From positions 1,494-65,493 of the forward strand of contig VMEW01000007.1 of assembly GCA_007375735.1 (NCBI GenBank): DNA of 64,000 nucleotides. The letters run 5' to 3'. Position 1 is the first letter of the stretch. Every line of letters begins with the position of its first letter. This document shows positions 19,731-30,000 of this stretch, piece by piece. This stretch comes from Candidatus Peregrinibacteria bacterium Greene0416_19. GTDB taxonomy: Bacteria > Patescibacteriota > Gracilibacteria > Peribacterales > Peribacteraceae. Under the pieces are notes generated by a model, which saw only the letters and a program-made list of their open reading frames with translations, had not been told where the DNA came from and ran no database searches. The position numbers were made by a program, and so were the translations under genes.

Positions 19731-19755
19731 TCATTTTTCCGGCCTTCCACGCCCA

Positions 19756-20040
19756 TTACACAGGGATGCGGACATGCCGCTCCAGGCGGACGATGCGGTC
19801 TTCGTGGTTTTCAATGCGATCCTTGTTCATGCCGATGGCATCACGGTTCGCACCCATGGCATCGTGGCGGATATCTTCGGCGACGACCTTGAATTCGTGA
19901 ATGATTTCGTCCTTCCAGCGCTCATTGTCATTGAGTATCTCGTCCTTCCAGCCCTCGGTCGCATCGTACAACTTGCCGATCTCCTGCATGATCATGCCGA
20001 TATCCTCTTTCGTGGCCGGTGGTGACGGTTGTGTAGTCAC
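19756..20040 (-). CDS. Small coiled-coil hypothetical protein
   Basis: 94 aa with internal WKDEI duplication and ATKEDI…HEDRIVRLE pattern. Confidence 0.7.
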   Translation of the reverse strand: MTTQPSPPATKEDIGMIMQEIGKLYDATEGWKDEILNDNERWKDEIIHEFKVVAEDIRHDAMGANRDAIGMNKDRIENHEDRIVRLERHVRIPV

Positions 20041-20111
20041 GGGCTGGTCATCGTATCCGGCCAGTGCGTCCGAAGCAAGACGACTGGCGCACGTCGGGAA
20101 TATGCTCCTGC

Positions 20112-21026
20112 CTACGCTTCGTTCCGCTTCTCCCCCTCCTTCCTCGCCTCCTCCCTCTTCCTCATTTTCTCATACTCAATCTGCTGCTTCTTTCCCCGCG
20201 TATCCGCCTCCGCCTGCATCTTGCGGTTCACTGCGTCATTCTCCAGTTTCTGACGTCGCGTGATCTCCTCTGTGTCCAGCTTGGTGCGCTCCTCGGTGGC
20301 CCATTTCTCGGTGGAGGCGATCTTCTGGTGCATCTGCATCTCCAGCTGCTGCTTGCGGGCCTGGACCTCAGGCGTGGAGATTCCCGGTAGCATCGAATAC
20401 TGATTGCGATACTCGCTGTCGATCATGAATTTCTTCTGCAGTTCCTCGGTGTAGATCTTGTTCCGCCGCTCGCGGATGTCGGCCTGCATCAGGTCCTTCT
20501 GCACGATCAGGTCTTTCTCAACCTGTTCCTTACTGCGGAGCTCATCGCTATCCGCGCGGTTACGATGGAGCATGGCATCCGTCTCCACTTGGCTGATTTT
20601 CTGCTTCACTTCCTGCTCGCGCGCGATCCGCTTCTTTTCTTGCTGGATCTGCGTGGCCGCTTGGGCATGTACGTCCTGCAGGTACTCAGCCTGCTTTTTC
20701 TTCTGCTCGTCTTCCAGGCGCTCCTTCTCCGCCATCATGCGGATCTGCTGTTCCTTCTCCAGGCGCTCCTTCTCCTTTCGTTCTTTCTCGGTTTTCCTTT
20801 TCTTGCGGAATGCCTCCGCCTCCTTCTTCCGCTCGATCTCCGCGCGTTCCTCCTCTTGTAGTGCCAGGAAACTCCGCTTGGCACCCGCCTCTTGTTCCGT
20901 CTGGCGCTTCGCTTTGGCGTCGGCGATGCGCTTTTCCTCGGCCTTCATGCCCTCGAGGCTCTTTTTCTGGAATTCCTCAAGGATTTTCTTCTTGGCCTTT
21001 GGGTCGGTGGGATCGGCTGGGGGCAT
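20112..21026 (-). CDS. Highly charged coiled-coil hypothetical protein
   Basis: E/K/Q/R-rich ORF; likely start MPPADPTDPK at 21026. Confidence 0.75.
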   Translation of the reverse strand: MPPADPTDPKAKKKILEEFQKKSLEGMKAEEKRIADAKAKRQTEQEAGAKRSFLALQEEERAEIERKKEAEAFRKKRKTEKERKEKERLEKEQQIRMMAEKERLEDEQKKKQAEYLQDVHAQAATQIQQEKKRIAREQEVKQKISQVETDAMLHRNRADSDELRSKEQVEKDLIVQKDLMQADIRERRNKIYTEELQKKFMIDSEYRNQYSMLPGISTPEVQARKQQLEMQMHQKIASTEKWATEERTKLDTEEITRRQKLENDAVNRKMQAEADTRGKKQQIEYEKMRKREEARKEGEKRNEA

Positions 21027-21028
21027 GG

Positions 21029-21316
21029 TTACTCGTGGAAGAGTTGCGAATGAGTGCCGGAGCGAAGGAGATGGAGGACAAGCTTGTCCTTCTTCTGTCG
21101 ATACACCAGGAGCCAATCCGATTCGATATGGCACTCCCGTCGTCCTTCCAAATCTCCGCTCAACGAATGATCTCGATACTGTTCGGGCATTTGCTGCCCC
21201 GCCGCCAACAATGCGATAGCGCGTGTAAGTTTTCGCATGTCATAACGTTTCGATTTCTCAAGTCGCTTCACGTCACGCCGAAATCGCTTTGCTTCCACTA
21301 CCTGATACATGTCCAC
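21029..21316 (-). CDS. yafQ: YafQ/RelE family mRNA interferase toxin
   Basis: FRRDVKR…YRDHSLSG…RECHIESDWLLVY…RSGTHSQLF. Confidence 0.92.
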   Translation of the reverse strand: MDMYQVVEAKRFRRDVKRLEKSKRYDMRKLTRAIALLAAGQQMPEQYRDHSLSGDLEGRRECHIESDWLLVYRQKKDKLVLHLLRSGTHSQLFHE

Positions 21317-21326
21317 ATTCTATCAT

Positions 21327-21644
21327 TCATTGATCAGACAATTGCCCAAACCGTTTCTCCGCGCGCTTTCTCCATCCTTTTCCCAAAATATCATCCATCA
21401 GCTCTTCGGCAGAATTGAACCTCTTCCCATGCTCCAGAGCCCATTTTTCTTCCCGGAGCATCCTCCGCTCCTGAGAAGGGGTGAATCCGTTCACCGTGCG
21501 GATCTCGAAGGGAATGCTGCCGGTGATGGTGATCTGCCGGAGATAGAGGTTTATGGCGCTGCTCAGGTCGAGTCCCATTTCTTTGAGCATTTTCTGGGCC
21601 TTCTGCTTCAACTTCGCATCGGTGCGGACGTGGATGACGCTCAT
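21327..21644 (-). CDS. dinJ: RelB/DinJ family antitoxin
   Basis: IHVRTDAKLKQKAQKML…GLDLSSAINLYLRQI…IPFEI. Confidence 0.92.
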   Translation of the reverse strand: MSVIHVRTDAKLKQKAQKMLKEMGLDLSSAINLYLRQITITGSIPFEIRTVNGFTPSQERRMLREEKWALEHGKRFNSAEELMDDILGKGWRKRAEKRFGQLSDQ

Positions 21645-21650
21645 GCAACA

Positions 21651-21678
21651 AGTGTAGCAAATGTGTAAACAATGTCAA
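21651..21678 (-). promoter_or_regulatory. Promoter of dinJ-yafQ (probably leaderless)
   Basis: TTGACA, 16 nt, TACACT, 6 nt, ATG. Confidence 0.7.
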
Positions 21679-21680
21679 CA

Positions 21681-23492
21681 TCAATCTTTCACGATCCTGA
21701 TCCCCAGCTCCCGCAACTGCCTCTCCGGCACCTCCCCCGGCGCCCCGAGCAGCAGGTCTTTCGCTTTCTGGTCCTTGGGGAAGGCGATCACTTCGCGGAT
21801 GTTGGGCTCGCCGGCGACGATCATCACCAGGCGGTCGATGCCGTAGGCGAAGCCGCCGTGGGGGGGCGCGCCGTAGGTGAAGGCTTCCAGCATGTGACCG
21901 AAGCGCTTCTGCTGGTCTGCCCGAGAAATCCCGAGCATCTCGAAGACCTCCTGCTGGAGTGTGGCGTCGTGGATTCTGATCGATCCGGATCCGAGTTCGT
22001 AGCCGTCCAGCACAAGGTCGTAGCAGACGGAGTGGACTCCGTGCGGGTTCTCCTTCCGGCGCTTCCACTCTTCCACATTCGGGCTCGTGAAGGGATGGTG
22101 GGAGAAGGTGAGGGTGCCGTCCTCCATCTCCTCGAACATCGGGAAGTTCGTGACCCAGAAGAGCGAGTGGACGGAGGTGTCGATCAGGTTGAAGCGCTTC
22201 GCGGCTTCGCTGCGGATCCTCCCCAGGCTCGAGCAGACGGTCTTGAAGCCGTCGGCGCCGAAGAAGAGCGCGTCGCCGGTCTGTGCGCCGGTCGCCGCGA
22301 TGAGCTTGTCGAGGAACCCTTCCTTGAAGAACTTCACGAGTGGCGACTTCGGTCCTTCGGCTGTGAAGAGAATGTACGCGAGCCCTTTTGCTTTCAGTTC
22401 CTTCGCGAGCTCCGTCCACGTGTCGATCTCGCTCCGCGTGAGCGCGGCCCCGCCGGGGACGCGCAGCGCGCGGACGGTCCCTTTGTTCTTGAGCGCCTTC
22501 TCGAAAACCTCGAAGCCGCATCCGTCGCAGAGTGCGGAGATGTCGACGATCGGGAGATCGTAACGGAGGTCCGGCTTGTCCGATCCATAGCGGTCCATCA
22601 CGTCCTGCCAGGTGTAGCGCTGCACGCCGTCGCCCTTCAGGGGTTTGCCGGAACACTCGGCGAGCACACGAACGACAGACCCTTCCACCGTTTTCTGCAC
22701 GTCCTCCTGGGTGCAGAAGCTCATTTCGAGGTCGAGCTGCACGAACTCCGGCTGCCGGTCGCCGCGCTGGTCCTCGTCGCGGAAGCAGCGCGCGATCTGG
22801 AAGTAGCGGTCCAGCCCCGCCACCATGCAGAGTTGCTTGAGCTGCTGTGGGCTCTGCGGAAGCACGAAGAATTGCCCGGGGTACAGGCGTGACGGGACGA
22901 TGTACTCCCGTGCGCCCTCCGGTGTTCCCTTGATGAGGCAGGGGGTGTCGACCTCGATGCATCCTTGTTCGGTAAAATAATTGCGGATGATCTGGAAAAT
23001 TTTCGATCGCAGGATGATGTTCCGCTGCATCCGCTCGCGACGAAGATCCAAGTAGCGGTACTGAAGGCGCAATTCCTCATTTACCTCCGCCGCGGGGCCT
23101 GCACTGTCTTCCTTGTTTCCCCGCACGGCGGAGCCGTGCTGCTGGGGGTGGTCGATTTCAAACGGCGGCGTCTTCGCCTCGTTCAACACGTCGACCGCCG
23201 TCACCTCCACCTCGATCATGCCGGTCGGATTATCGGAGCGTTCCGCCCCCGCGATTCTCTTTCGCACCGTTCCGGTTACCTTCAACACCCACTCGGGACG
23301 GATGGTTTCGGCGGTCTTAAAAATCTTCCCATGCTTCGGGTCGAACACGATTTGCGTGAACCCGTAGCGATCACGGAGATCGACGAAGATGAGCCCGCCG
23401 TGGTCGCGGCGCCGCAGCACCCAGCCGCAGAGGGTCACGGTTTCGCCGGCGTGGTCGGCGCGGAGATCGCCGCAGGTGTGGGTGCGGAGCAT
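21681..23492 (-). CDS. aspS: Aspartate--tRNA ligase
   Basis: RTHTCG, RRDHGG, PQSPQ, FRDED, GAPPHGG…GIDR. Confidence 0.97.
   Translation of the reverse strand: MLRTHTCGDLRADHAGETVTLCGWVLRRRDHGGLIFVDLRDRYGFTQIVFDPKHGKIFKTAETIRPEWVLKVTGTVRKRIAGAERSDNPTGMIEVEVTAVDVLNEAKTPPFEIDHPQQHGSAVRGNKEDSAGPAAEVNEELRLQYRYLDLRRERMQRNIILRSKIFQIIRNYFTEQGCIEVDTPCLIKGTPEGAREYIVPSRLYPGQFFVLPQSPQQLKQLCMVAGLDRYFQIARCFRDEDQRGDRQPEFVQLDLEMSFCTQEDVQKTVEGSVVRVLAECSGKPLKGDGVQRYTWQDVMDRYGSDKPDLRYDLPIVDISALCDGCGFEVFEKALKNKGTVRALRVPGGAALTRSEIDTWTELAKELKAKGLAYILFTAEGPKSPLVKFFKEGFLDKLIAATGAQTGDALFFGADGFKTVCSSLGRIRSEAAKRFNLIDTSVHSLFWVTNFPMFEEMEDGTLTFSHHPFTSPNVEEWKRRKENPHGVHSVCYDLVLDGYELGSGSIRIHDATLQQEVFEMLGISRADQQKRFGHMLEAFTYGAPPHGGFAYGIDRLVMIVAGEPNIREVIAFPKDQKAKDLLLGAPGEVPERQLRELGIRIVKD
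23121..23144 (-). repeat. 24-bp palindromic element CAGCAGCACGGCTCCGCCGTGCGG inside aspS
   Basis: Exact match to 23609-23632 and 24744-24767. Confidence 0.85.
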
Positions 23493-23560
23493 GAAGGGAG
23501 TATAGGAGCAAGCTTTGGCTTGGGCTAGGCAAACTGGGTGCCGCCGTCTTTCTAAATCCG

Positions 23561-23632
23561 CCGCACCCCGGAAGGGTGCTGCTGCGGTAAAATGATTTCT
23601 ATTGATCTCAGCAGCACGGCTCCGCCGTGCGG
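23561..23632. repeat. Inverted pair of 24-bp REP-like hairpin elements around an AT-rich spacer
   Basis: 23561-23584 is a variant (stem GCACCC/GGGTGC); 23609-23632 has stem GCACGGC/GCCGTGC. Confidence 0.8.
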
Positions 23633-23635
23633 CAC

Positions 23636-25063
23636 TTACAGTTTCAGGTACCTCCTAGCTCCCTCCAGCACCCCCTCCATCTCCCTCTTCACTCTCCTGT
23701 ACTCCCGGTTCCCCCTGATCTCCTCCCGCCGGTTCTCGAACCAATCCACCGGCCGCCGGCGCTGATTGAGCGGGATGTTCTCCAGGTCCGGCGTCACGTT
23801 CTCGCGGGCGCGGTTGACCAGAGGGTAACGGTCGATGATGCCGACGATGTCGCGCTGCGTCCGCTTGCCGAGGTCCGGGATGATGAGGCCGGCGTCCACC
23901 TCGTCGCCTTCCGGCGTGGTGCAGGCCTGGTAGGAGACGTCGCCATCCGGGCTCAGGACGACGCCATTCACGCACATCACCGTTCCTCTGCCGGAGAAGA
24001 GGGGGTTGCCCGGAAATTTTTCCACCGCCCGCCCCTCCGCGGCGCCGATGAAGGGCAGCCGCTTGAGGGACTTGCGAAGCCTCATGAGGATCGCCTCGTC
24101 GGATGAGCCCGCAGCGCGTCCCTTCCGGATCTCGTACACCGCCAGCCTGGATTCCGTCGCCCACGGCCGGAGCGACTGCATCGAGAAGGACCCGATGCGC
24201 GTGGTAAGTTCCTCCAGCTCCCGCAGGTTCCGCGCGAAGAGGTAGACGATGGAGGGATCGACACGCGTCTCGATGGTGTGCTGCAGGTGCTTCCAGTAGA
24301 CCTCGGGCTTTGCGGCGAATGCCGGGACCAGCGAGGGATGCGGAGCGGAGATGCGGACGTGGTCGCTCGTCGAAATCTGATTTTCGAGCATGTACGACAC
24401 CGCCAGATCTCCCACCGATCCTCTGCCGAACGGGAGTGTGGAGACGGCGGCATGGAGCGTGAGCGCGTCTCGGAGCTTGCGAGGGTCGGATTGGAATTCG
24501 CGTTGGAAACGTGCATGCATTGAGGGATCGCCCGCGGCCGCACCGGCCAGTTTCTCGCTGTCCGCAAGCTGGAAGGTCTCGATCGTGTGTTCGGCGATGT
24601 GACCGAAGTGCCTGCCGTAGAGAGGATCGCGCCAATTGATCGGGTTGCTGCGCCAGTAGAGCATCAGGTTGCCCGAGTAGTTGTTGAAGCGGTTCCGACG
24701 GTGGCGCGCGAGGGAGAGGGCGGCATCCAACGGCGTGGGAACACAGCAGCACGGCTCCGCCGTGCGGTGCAACGCATCCCATACCAGTACGTCGACCGCT
24801 TCCTCACGCAGCACGTCCCGCTGCAAGCCGGCGATGTGATCGAGCAGCTCCGTCACGTGCGGCCAGGGCATGGCCTTCCCGCTCCCGGGCGCATTGATGT
24901 AGCACATCGCGCAGTCGTACGGGCACCAGTTCATCACCTCCACGATGGCGGTGCGCAGGAGCAGCCGGTCGATCATCGGGCGGCCGAGGCCGGTGCGTTC
25001 CTGGAGGATCGTCAGGTAGGGTACGAGGGCGTCGGCGGGGAGCTGATCGAGGACCTGGATCAT
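23636..25063 (-). CDS. Radical SAM superfamily-like protein; start uncertain (frame open to 25354)
   Basis: CPYDCAMC (CxxxCxxC); C-terminal C…SPDGDV…C resembling a Twitch/SPASM fragment. Confidence 0.65.
   Translation of the reverse strand: MIQVLDQLPADALVPYLTILQERTGLGRPMIDRLLLRTAIVEVMNWCPYDCAMCYINAPGSGKAMPWPHVTELLDHIAGLQRDVLREEAVDVLVWDALHRTAEPCCCVPTPLDAALSLARHRRNRFNNYSGNLMLYWRSNPINWRDPLYGRHFGHIAEHTIETFQLADSEKLAGAAAGDPSMHARFQREFQSDPRKLRDALTLHAAVSTLPFGRGSVGDLAVSYMLENQISTSDHVRISAPHPSLVPAFAAKPEVYWKHLQHTIETRVDPSIVYLFARNLRELEELTTRIGSFSMQSLRPWATESRLAVYEIRKGRAAGSSDEAILMRLRKSLKRLPFIGAAEGRAVEKFPGNPLFSGRGTVMCVNGVVLSPDGDVSYQACTTPEGDEVDAGLIIPDLGKRTQRDIVGIIDRYPLVNRARENVTPDLENIPLNQRRRPVDWFENRREEIRGNREYRRVKREMEGVLEGARRYLKL
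24744..24767 (+). repeat. 24-bp palindromic element inside the radical SAM-like gene
   Basis: Exact copy CAGCAGCACGGCTCCGCCGTGCGG. Confidence 0.85.
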
Positions 25064-25157
25064 CGTGTCGTCGCCTCTCCCGATGCATGCAGCCGCAATC
25101 TCTCGCCCGCGCGGTGAGACCGCGGGATGATCCACGAGCAGCCGGGCGCGGTGGGTG

Positions 25158-25279
25158 GCCCCCACCCCCTGACCCCCTCCCCCGAGGGGAGAGGGGGGAC
25201 TGGATTCAATATATTCACTGTTCAATAAGTGATCTCGCTCCCCCTCCCCCGTCGGGGGAGGGGGCTGGAGGGTAGGGGC
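25158..25279. mobile_element. Gene-less inverted pair of C-tract/G-tract hairpin repeats (MITE/REPIN-like), related to the DUF559 flanks
   Basis: GCCCCCACCCCCTGACCCCCTCCCCC…GGGGAGAGGGGG, 37-nt AT-rich spacer, then an inverted copy ending GGGGGCTGGAGGGTAGGGGC. Confidence 0.65.
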
Positions 25280-25310
25280 TGGTACCTGTAAAGAATGAGG
25301 AGGCACAATC

Positions 25311-25757
25311 TTACTTAAACAACCGCCCCAGCTCCTGTTTGAACTCCTCCACATCCTTGAACTCCCGGTGCACGGAGGCGAAGCGGATGTAGGCGACCTG
25401 GTCGATCTTCTTGAGTTCCTTCATCACGTCGGTGCCGATGGTGCCGCTCGCGACCTCCTTCTTATTGGCGCCCCACTTTTCCTCCAGCCGGGTGAGGAGC
25501 CTGTCAATCTGCTCCTGCGACACCGGTCGCTTGGTGCAGGAGAGCCAGATGCCGCGTTCGATCTTGCTGCGCGAATACGGCTCCCGCGTGCCGTCGCGTT
25601 TGATGACGATGAGGGAACTGAGCTCCTGCCGCTCGAAGGTGGTGAAGCGATGTGCGCACTTGGGGCACTCCCGTCGCCGCCGCACGGCCCGTCCCTCATC
25701 GCTCAGGCGCGAGTCGATGACCGACGTATCGGCGGACTTGCAGCGGGGACAGTGCAC
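25311..25757 (-). CDS. nrdR: Transcriptional repressor NrdR
   Basis: CPRC…VIDSR…RRRRECPKC…RFTTFE, ATP-cone, VAYIRFASV. Confidence 0.97.
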   Translation of the reverse strand: MHCPRCKSADTSVIDSRLSDEGRAVRRRRECPKCAHRFTTFERQELSSLIVIKRDGTREPYSRSKIERGIWLSCTKRPVSQEQIDRLLTRLEEKWGANKKEVASGTIGTDVMKELKKIDQVAYIRFASVHREFKDVEEFKQELGRLFK

Positions 25758-25775
25758 GTCCCCAGCATACCTCTT

Positions 25776-26246
25776 TCATTCGTCGTCTAATAAGGCGTTT
25801 CCGAACCGTTTGCGGATGGCCGGGGGCAGGTCGTCCCACTGCACCCGACGGCCCGGATGCCCGGCGTTCTCCTGCAGCGCACGCAGAGCATCATCCAAAT
25901 TCCGTTCCAGGGATTCCTCCAGCCGCTCCTCCCTCTGTCGCCGCTCTTCGTGCTGGCGGGTTATTTCTTCCAGGTAGAAGCGATTGCGTTCGAGTTCGCG
26001 ACCGGCGCGCTCGCCGCAGCCGTTGTTCAGCCGGCAGAGCCTTTCGACCTGATCCGCCACCGCCCTGCTCCACGGGCGGACCGACTGCTCGTCGCGGTTG
26101 GGAGCTTGTGCAGGAGGCGTCAGCAGCACGCGAGTGGTCCAAGGGAGGTGGAGCTTGAAAAGATCGGGCATAGCCTCCGCCACGGCCTTGTGCCAGCCGC
26201 GGCGTCCGATGGCATCGGGATCGAGCGATGGGCGTTGGCGGTTCAT
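25776..26246 (-). CDS. Hypothetical protein
   Basis: MNRQRPSLDP… 156 aa; the upstream part of the track ORF overlaps tsaC and is ignored. Confidence 0.55.
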   Translation of the reverse strand: MNRQRPSLDPDAIGRRGWHKAVAEAMPDLFKLHLPWTTRVLLTPPAQAPNRDEQSVRPWSRAVADQVERLCRLNNGCGERAGRELERNRFYLEEITRQHEERRQREERLEESLERNLDDALRALQENAGHPGRRVQWDDLPPAIRKRFGNALLDDE

Positions 26247-26362
26247 GATGGAATCCGGGGAAGTGGGCAGTCTTGTACCAGAGGGACGGAGAAAAACAAT
26301 GGTCCCCGCGACGCGAGGGCCGGTGGGGGCTTCCCCCTCTGCGCCGAAAAGGGGAACCAGCC

Positions 26363-27007
26363 TCAGGGAGCCACATGCAGCGGCCCGCTCCGCAGGGTCT
26401 GCGGGCTCCCGCCGGATAGATCGACCACCGTCGACGGAGGGGTTCCGGGGAGGGGCCCGCTGTCGATGATCAGATCCGGCTGCAGCCGGCGTCCGTCGAA
26501 TTGCCGCACCACCTCCTCCGTGCTGTAGGGGTTCGGCTGGCCGTGCAGGTTGGCGGACGTGGTGCTGAGCGGACGGCCGTAGCTGTTGATGAGCTCTTGG
26601 GCCAGCGGGTGGGAGGAGATGCGCACGCCGATCGTGCGCCGTTCCGCGTGGTGGGGGGCCCGGCTCTCGGGAGGAGGGACATTGGTGAAGAGCGTGTGGG
26701 GGGCACCGGTGGTTTTCAGCGGGAGGATGATGGTGAGAGGGCCGGGCAGGTGTTTGGCGGCCAGGACGTCCGCTTCCGCTGTCCACTCCGTGTACTGCCT
26801 GGCTTGCCCCACGGAGGAGAAGAGCCCGCTCACAGGTTGCAGCAGGTGACGCTCCTTTACCAGAAACAGCCGGGCCACCGCATCCGGGTTCGCGAGATCG
26901 CACGCGAGTCCGTAGCAGGTCTCCGTGGCATGCGCGACGATGCCTCCGCGGCGCAGGATCCTGATGGCCTCCTGGATGGCTTCAGCCGAAGCGGGAAGGA
27001 TGTGCAT
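26363..27007 (-). CDS. tsaC: L-threonylcarbamoyladenylate synthase (Sua5/YrdC)
   Basis: TETCYGL, KER, PGPLT, TTSANLHG, PSTVVD. Confidence 0.93.
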   Translation of the reverse strand: MHILPASAEAIQEAIRILRRGGIVAHATETCYGLACDLANPDAVARLFLVKERHLLQPVSGLFSSVGQARQYTEWTAEADVLAAKHLPGPLTIILPLKTTGAPHTLFTNVPPPESRAPHHAERRTIGVRISSHPLAQELINSYGRPLSTTSANLHGQPNPYSTEEVVRQFDGRRLQPDLIIDSGPLPGTPPSTVVDLSGGSPQTLRSGPLHVAP

Positions 27008-27024
27008 GGCGGGAGTGTATACCT

Positions 27025-30000
27025 CTACAAGCTCTTTACCTCATACCGCCCAAGCATTTCCTCAATCTTGTTCTCCAGCACCGTCGACATGGACACCGTC
27101 ATCGGGACCGGGATGACCTGGGCGCCGATCCTCAGCTGTACCCGCTCGTGTCCGGGGAACGACTCGAATGCTTTCTTCAGGTCAAGCAGGAGCTGCTTGG
27201 GGGCGCGGGGAGGAAGGTCGATGGTGTGGATGGAGATTTTTGTTGATAAGGAATCCGAGGAGTCCGAAGAATCCGATGATTCCGAGGAACGATCATTCCG
27301 CTTCGGATTCATCGGAATCTTTTGCTCGTGAGGATCTCCATTGTTTTCCCACCCGAGAAAAGCGAGGGGTTCAGCAAGGCGCATGCCGCCGAGGATCCAT
27401 TTCCCCAATGGGCCCAGGAATTCGTCTCCTTGCTCCTCCTTTTGCAGTATCACCGTCTCGCCGGCGATGACGTTGCCTTCCTCGTCCACCAGTTCGATGG
27501 TCTCCTCTTCCTCCTCACGGCGCCCGAGCGCGATGCCGCGCTTGGCCTCTTCCTCGTCGAAGAACCCTTCCGTTTTTGCCTTCTCGATCATGGTCGTGAG
27601 TGAGGCGCGCTTGGCCGCATCCGCGCGTACCTGCAGCTGTCCGCCGCGCAGGTCGAGCGTGCCCCCCACGACCAACACCGTGTCCGGCTTCTCCAGGAGC
27701 GGTGCCAATAGCGCGTACGTGCGCGGGAAGAACGTCACTTCGATCTTCCCGGTGGGATCCTCCAGTGTCACGATGCCCATCGCCTCGCCTTTCTTGGTTG
27801 TCAACTTCTTCACCATCTCCGGGAGCCCCGCCACGGTCACGGTCTTCCCGACGTCTTTGGTCGAGAGGCCGGACACCAGCCGGGCTTTCTTTCCGATGTA
27901 CTTGCGGAGCCCCGCCAGCGGATGGCTGCTGACGTACAGGCCCAGTGTTTCCTTCTCCCACGCGAGCTTCTCCATCGGCGTTGCCGGGGGGGTGACCGGT
28001 AATTCGATCCTCGCGGCCTCCGCGCCGCTACCCAGGCTCGCGAATATGTCGGTTTGCGCCGCGCCGGCGTTGCCGGACGCCTTGCTGAACTCCGCGATGC
28101 GATCGTAGTGTTGCACGATGATGTTGCGCTCTCCCAGGGAGTCGAGCGCGCCGGACTTGGCGAGCGCCTCCAACGTCTTCTTGTTGAGCACTTTCCCCGG
28201 GATTCGCCGCGCGAAATCTTCGAGCGAGGTGAACGGGCCGGCCTGCATGCGTGCGTCGATCAGCTGCTGGACGGAGCTCTCGCCGATGCCCTTGATGGCG
28301 GTGAGACCGAAACGAATCGATCCTTTGGGAGCAGCTCGGGTCTTCTTCTTCGCCCCGACGTCGGGGGGAGGAATAGCGGTGAAATGTCGCAGTGATTCGT
28401 TGATGTCCGGCGGCAGCACGGCGATACCCATGGCGCGGCACTCCTCGATCTCGATCATCACCCGGTCCGTGCGCTGCGCGTCGCTGCTCAGGAGCGCTGC
28501 CATGAATTCCGTCGGGTAGTGCGCCTTCAGGTAGGCCGTCTCGAACGCGATGCGCGCGTAGCCCGCGGCGTGGGATTTGTTGAATCCGTACCCGGCGAAC
28601 GGCGTGATGACATCATCGAAGATTCTCTTCGCCAGTTCCTCCTTGTACCCTTTCGCCTTGGCGCCGCTGACGAATTTCTCCCGCTGCGCGCGGAGTTCCT
28701 TCACAATCTTCTTCCCAATCGCCCGGCGGAGGATGTCGGCTTCCCCCAGGGTGAACCCGGCGAACAAGCGGGCAATCTGCAGAATCTGCTCCTGGTACAG
28801 GCCGATACCATAGGTCGGCTCCAGGATCAGGCGCAGGTCTTCGTGGGTGTACTCCACCTGCTCCTGTCCGTGCTTGCGTTTGATGTAACTGGGAATCCAG
28901 TCCATGGGGCCCGGCCGGTACAGCGCGACCATGGCGGTGATGTCGCCGAACTCCGTGGGTTTCAGCTGCTTGAGGTAGCGCCGCATGCCCGTCGATTCCA
29001 GCTGGAACACGCCGGTCGTGTCGCCATGCTGCAGGAGAGTGAATGTCTCGCGGTCGTCGACCGGCGCGGTGTGCAGATCAATCTTCTCACCGTACAACCG
29101 CTCGATGATCTCGAGCGTCGTCTGGATGACCGTGAGGTTCGTGAGTCCCAGGAAGTCCACCTTCAGCAGTCCGAGCGCCTCGAGCGGCTTGGCCGCGTAC
29201 TGGGTGATGACCGTATTCTCGTCCTTCGGTGCGCGCTGGAGGGCGGTGTACTTGACTGCCGGCTTTTCGGAAATGATGACCCCGCACGCGTGCACGGACA
29301 CGTGCCGCGCCTTCCCCTCCAGTTTCAGCGCGGTCTCCACGATGCGTCCGTACGTGTCGTTGCTCCCGAACATCGCCCGCAGTTCCTCGCTCTCCTCCAG
29401 CGCATCTTTCAGCTTGGTGCCGGGTCGTTCGGGGATCAGCTTGGCCAGCTGGTTCATCTCCAGGAACGGCACGCCGTAGGCGCGGCCCACGTCCTTGACC
29501 GCCGCGCGCGCGGCCAGCGTCCCGAACGTGCAGATCTGCACCACGTGGTCGCGCCCGTACTTTTCCCGCACGTACTCCAGCACCTCGTCGCGGCGGGTGT
29601 CCGCGAAGTCGATGTCGCAGTCGGGCATGGTAATGCGCTCGGGGTTGAGGAACCGCTCGAACAGGAGGCCGTGCGGGATGGGATCGATATCCGTGATGCG
29701 CAGGCAGTAGCTCACCATGGATCCCGCCGCCGAGCCGCGGCCGGGCCCCACCGTGATACCACGACGCTTCGCCTCGTTCACGAAGTCGGCCACAATGAGG
29801 AAGTACCCGGAGAAGCCGACCTGTCTGATGACACCGAGCTCGTACTGCAGGCGCTTGCGGTGCACGGGCGAAGCTTTCGGGTACCGGTCAGCGAAGCCCT
29901 TCTCGCACAGCTCGGTCAGGTGCGCATCCTCGCTGCCGCCCCCGGGGACCGGGAAGCGCGGGATCTGGTACTTGCCGAACTCGAAGGCGGTCCGCACTCG

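Noticed and set aside
21391..22962. 523-aa alternative-frame ORF and 406-aa antisense ORF
   Set aside because: Both overlap aspS
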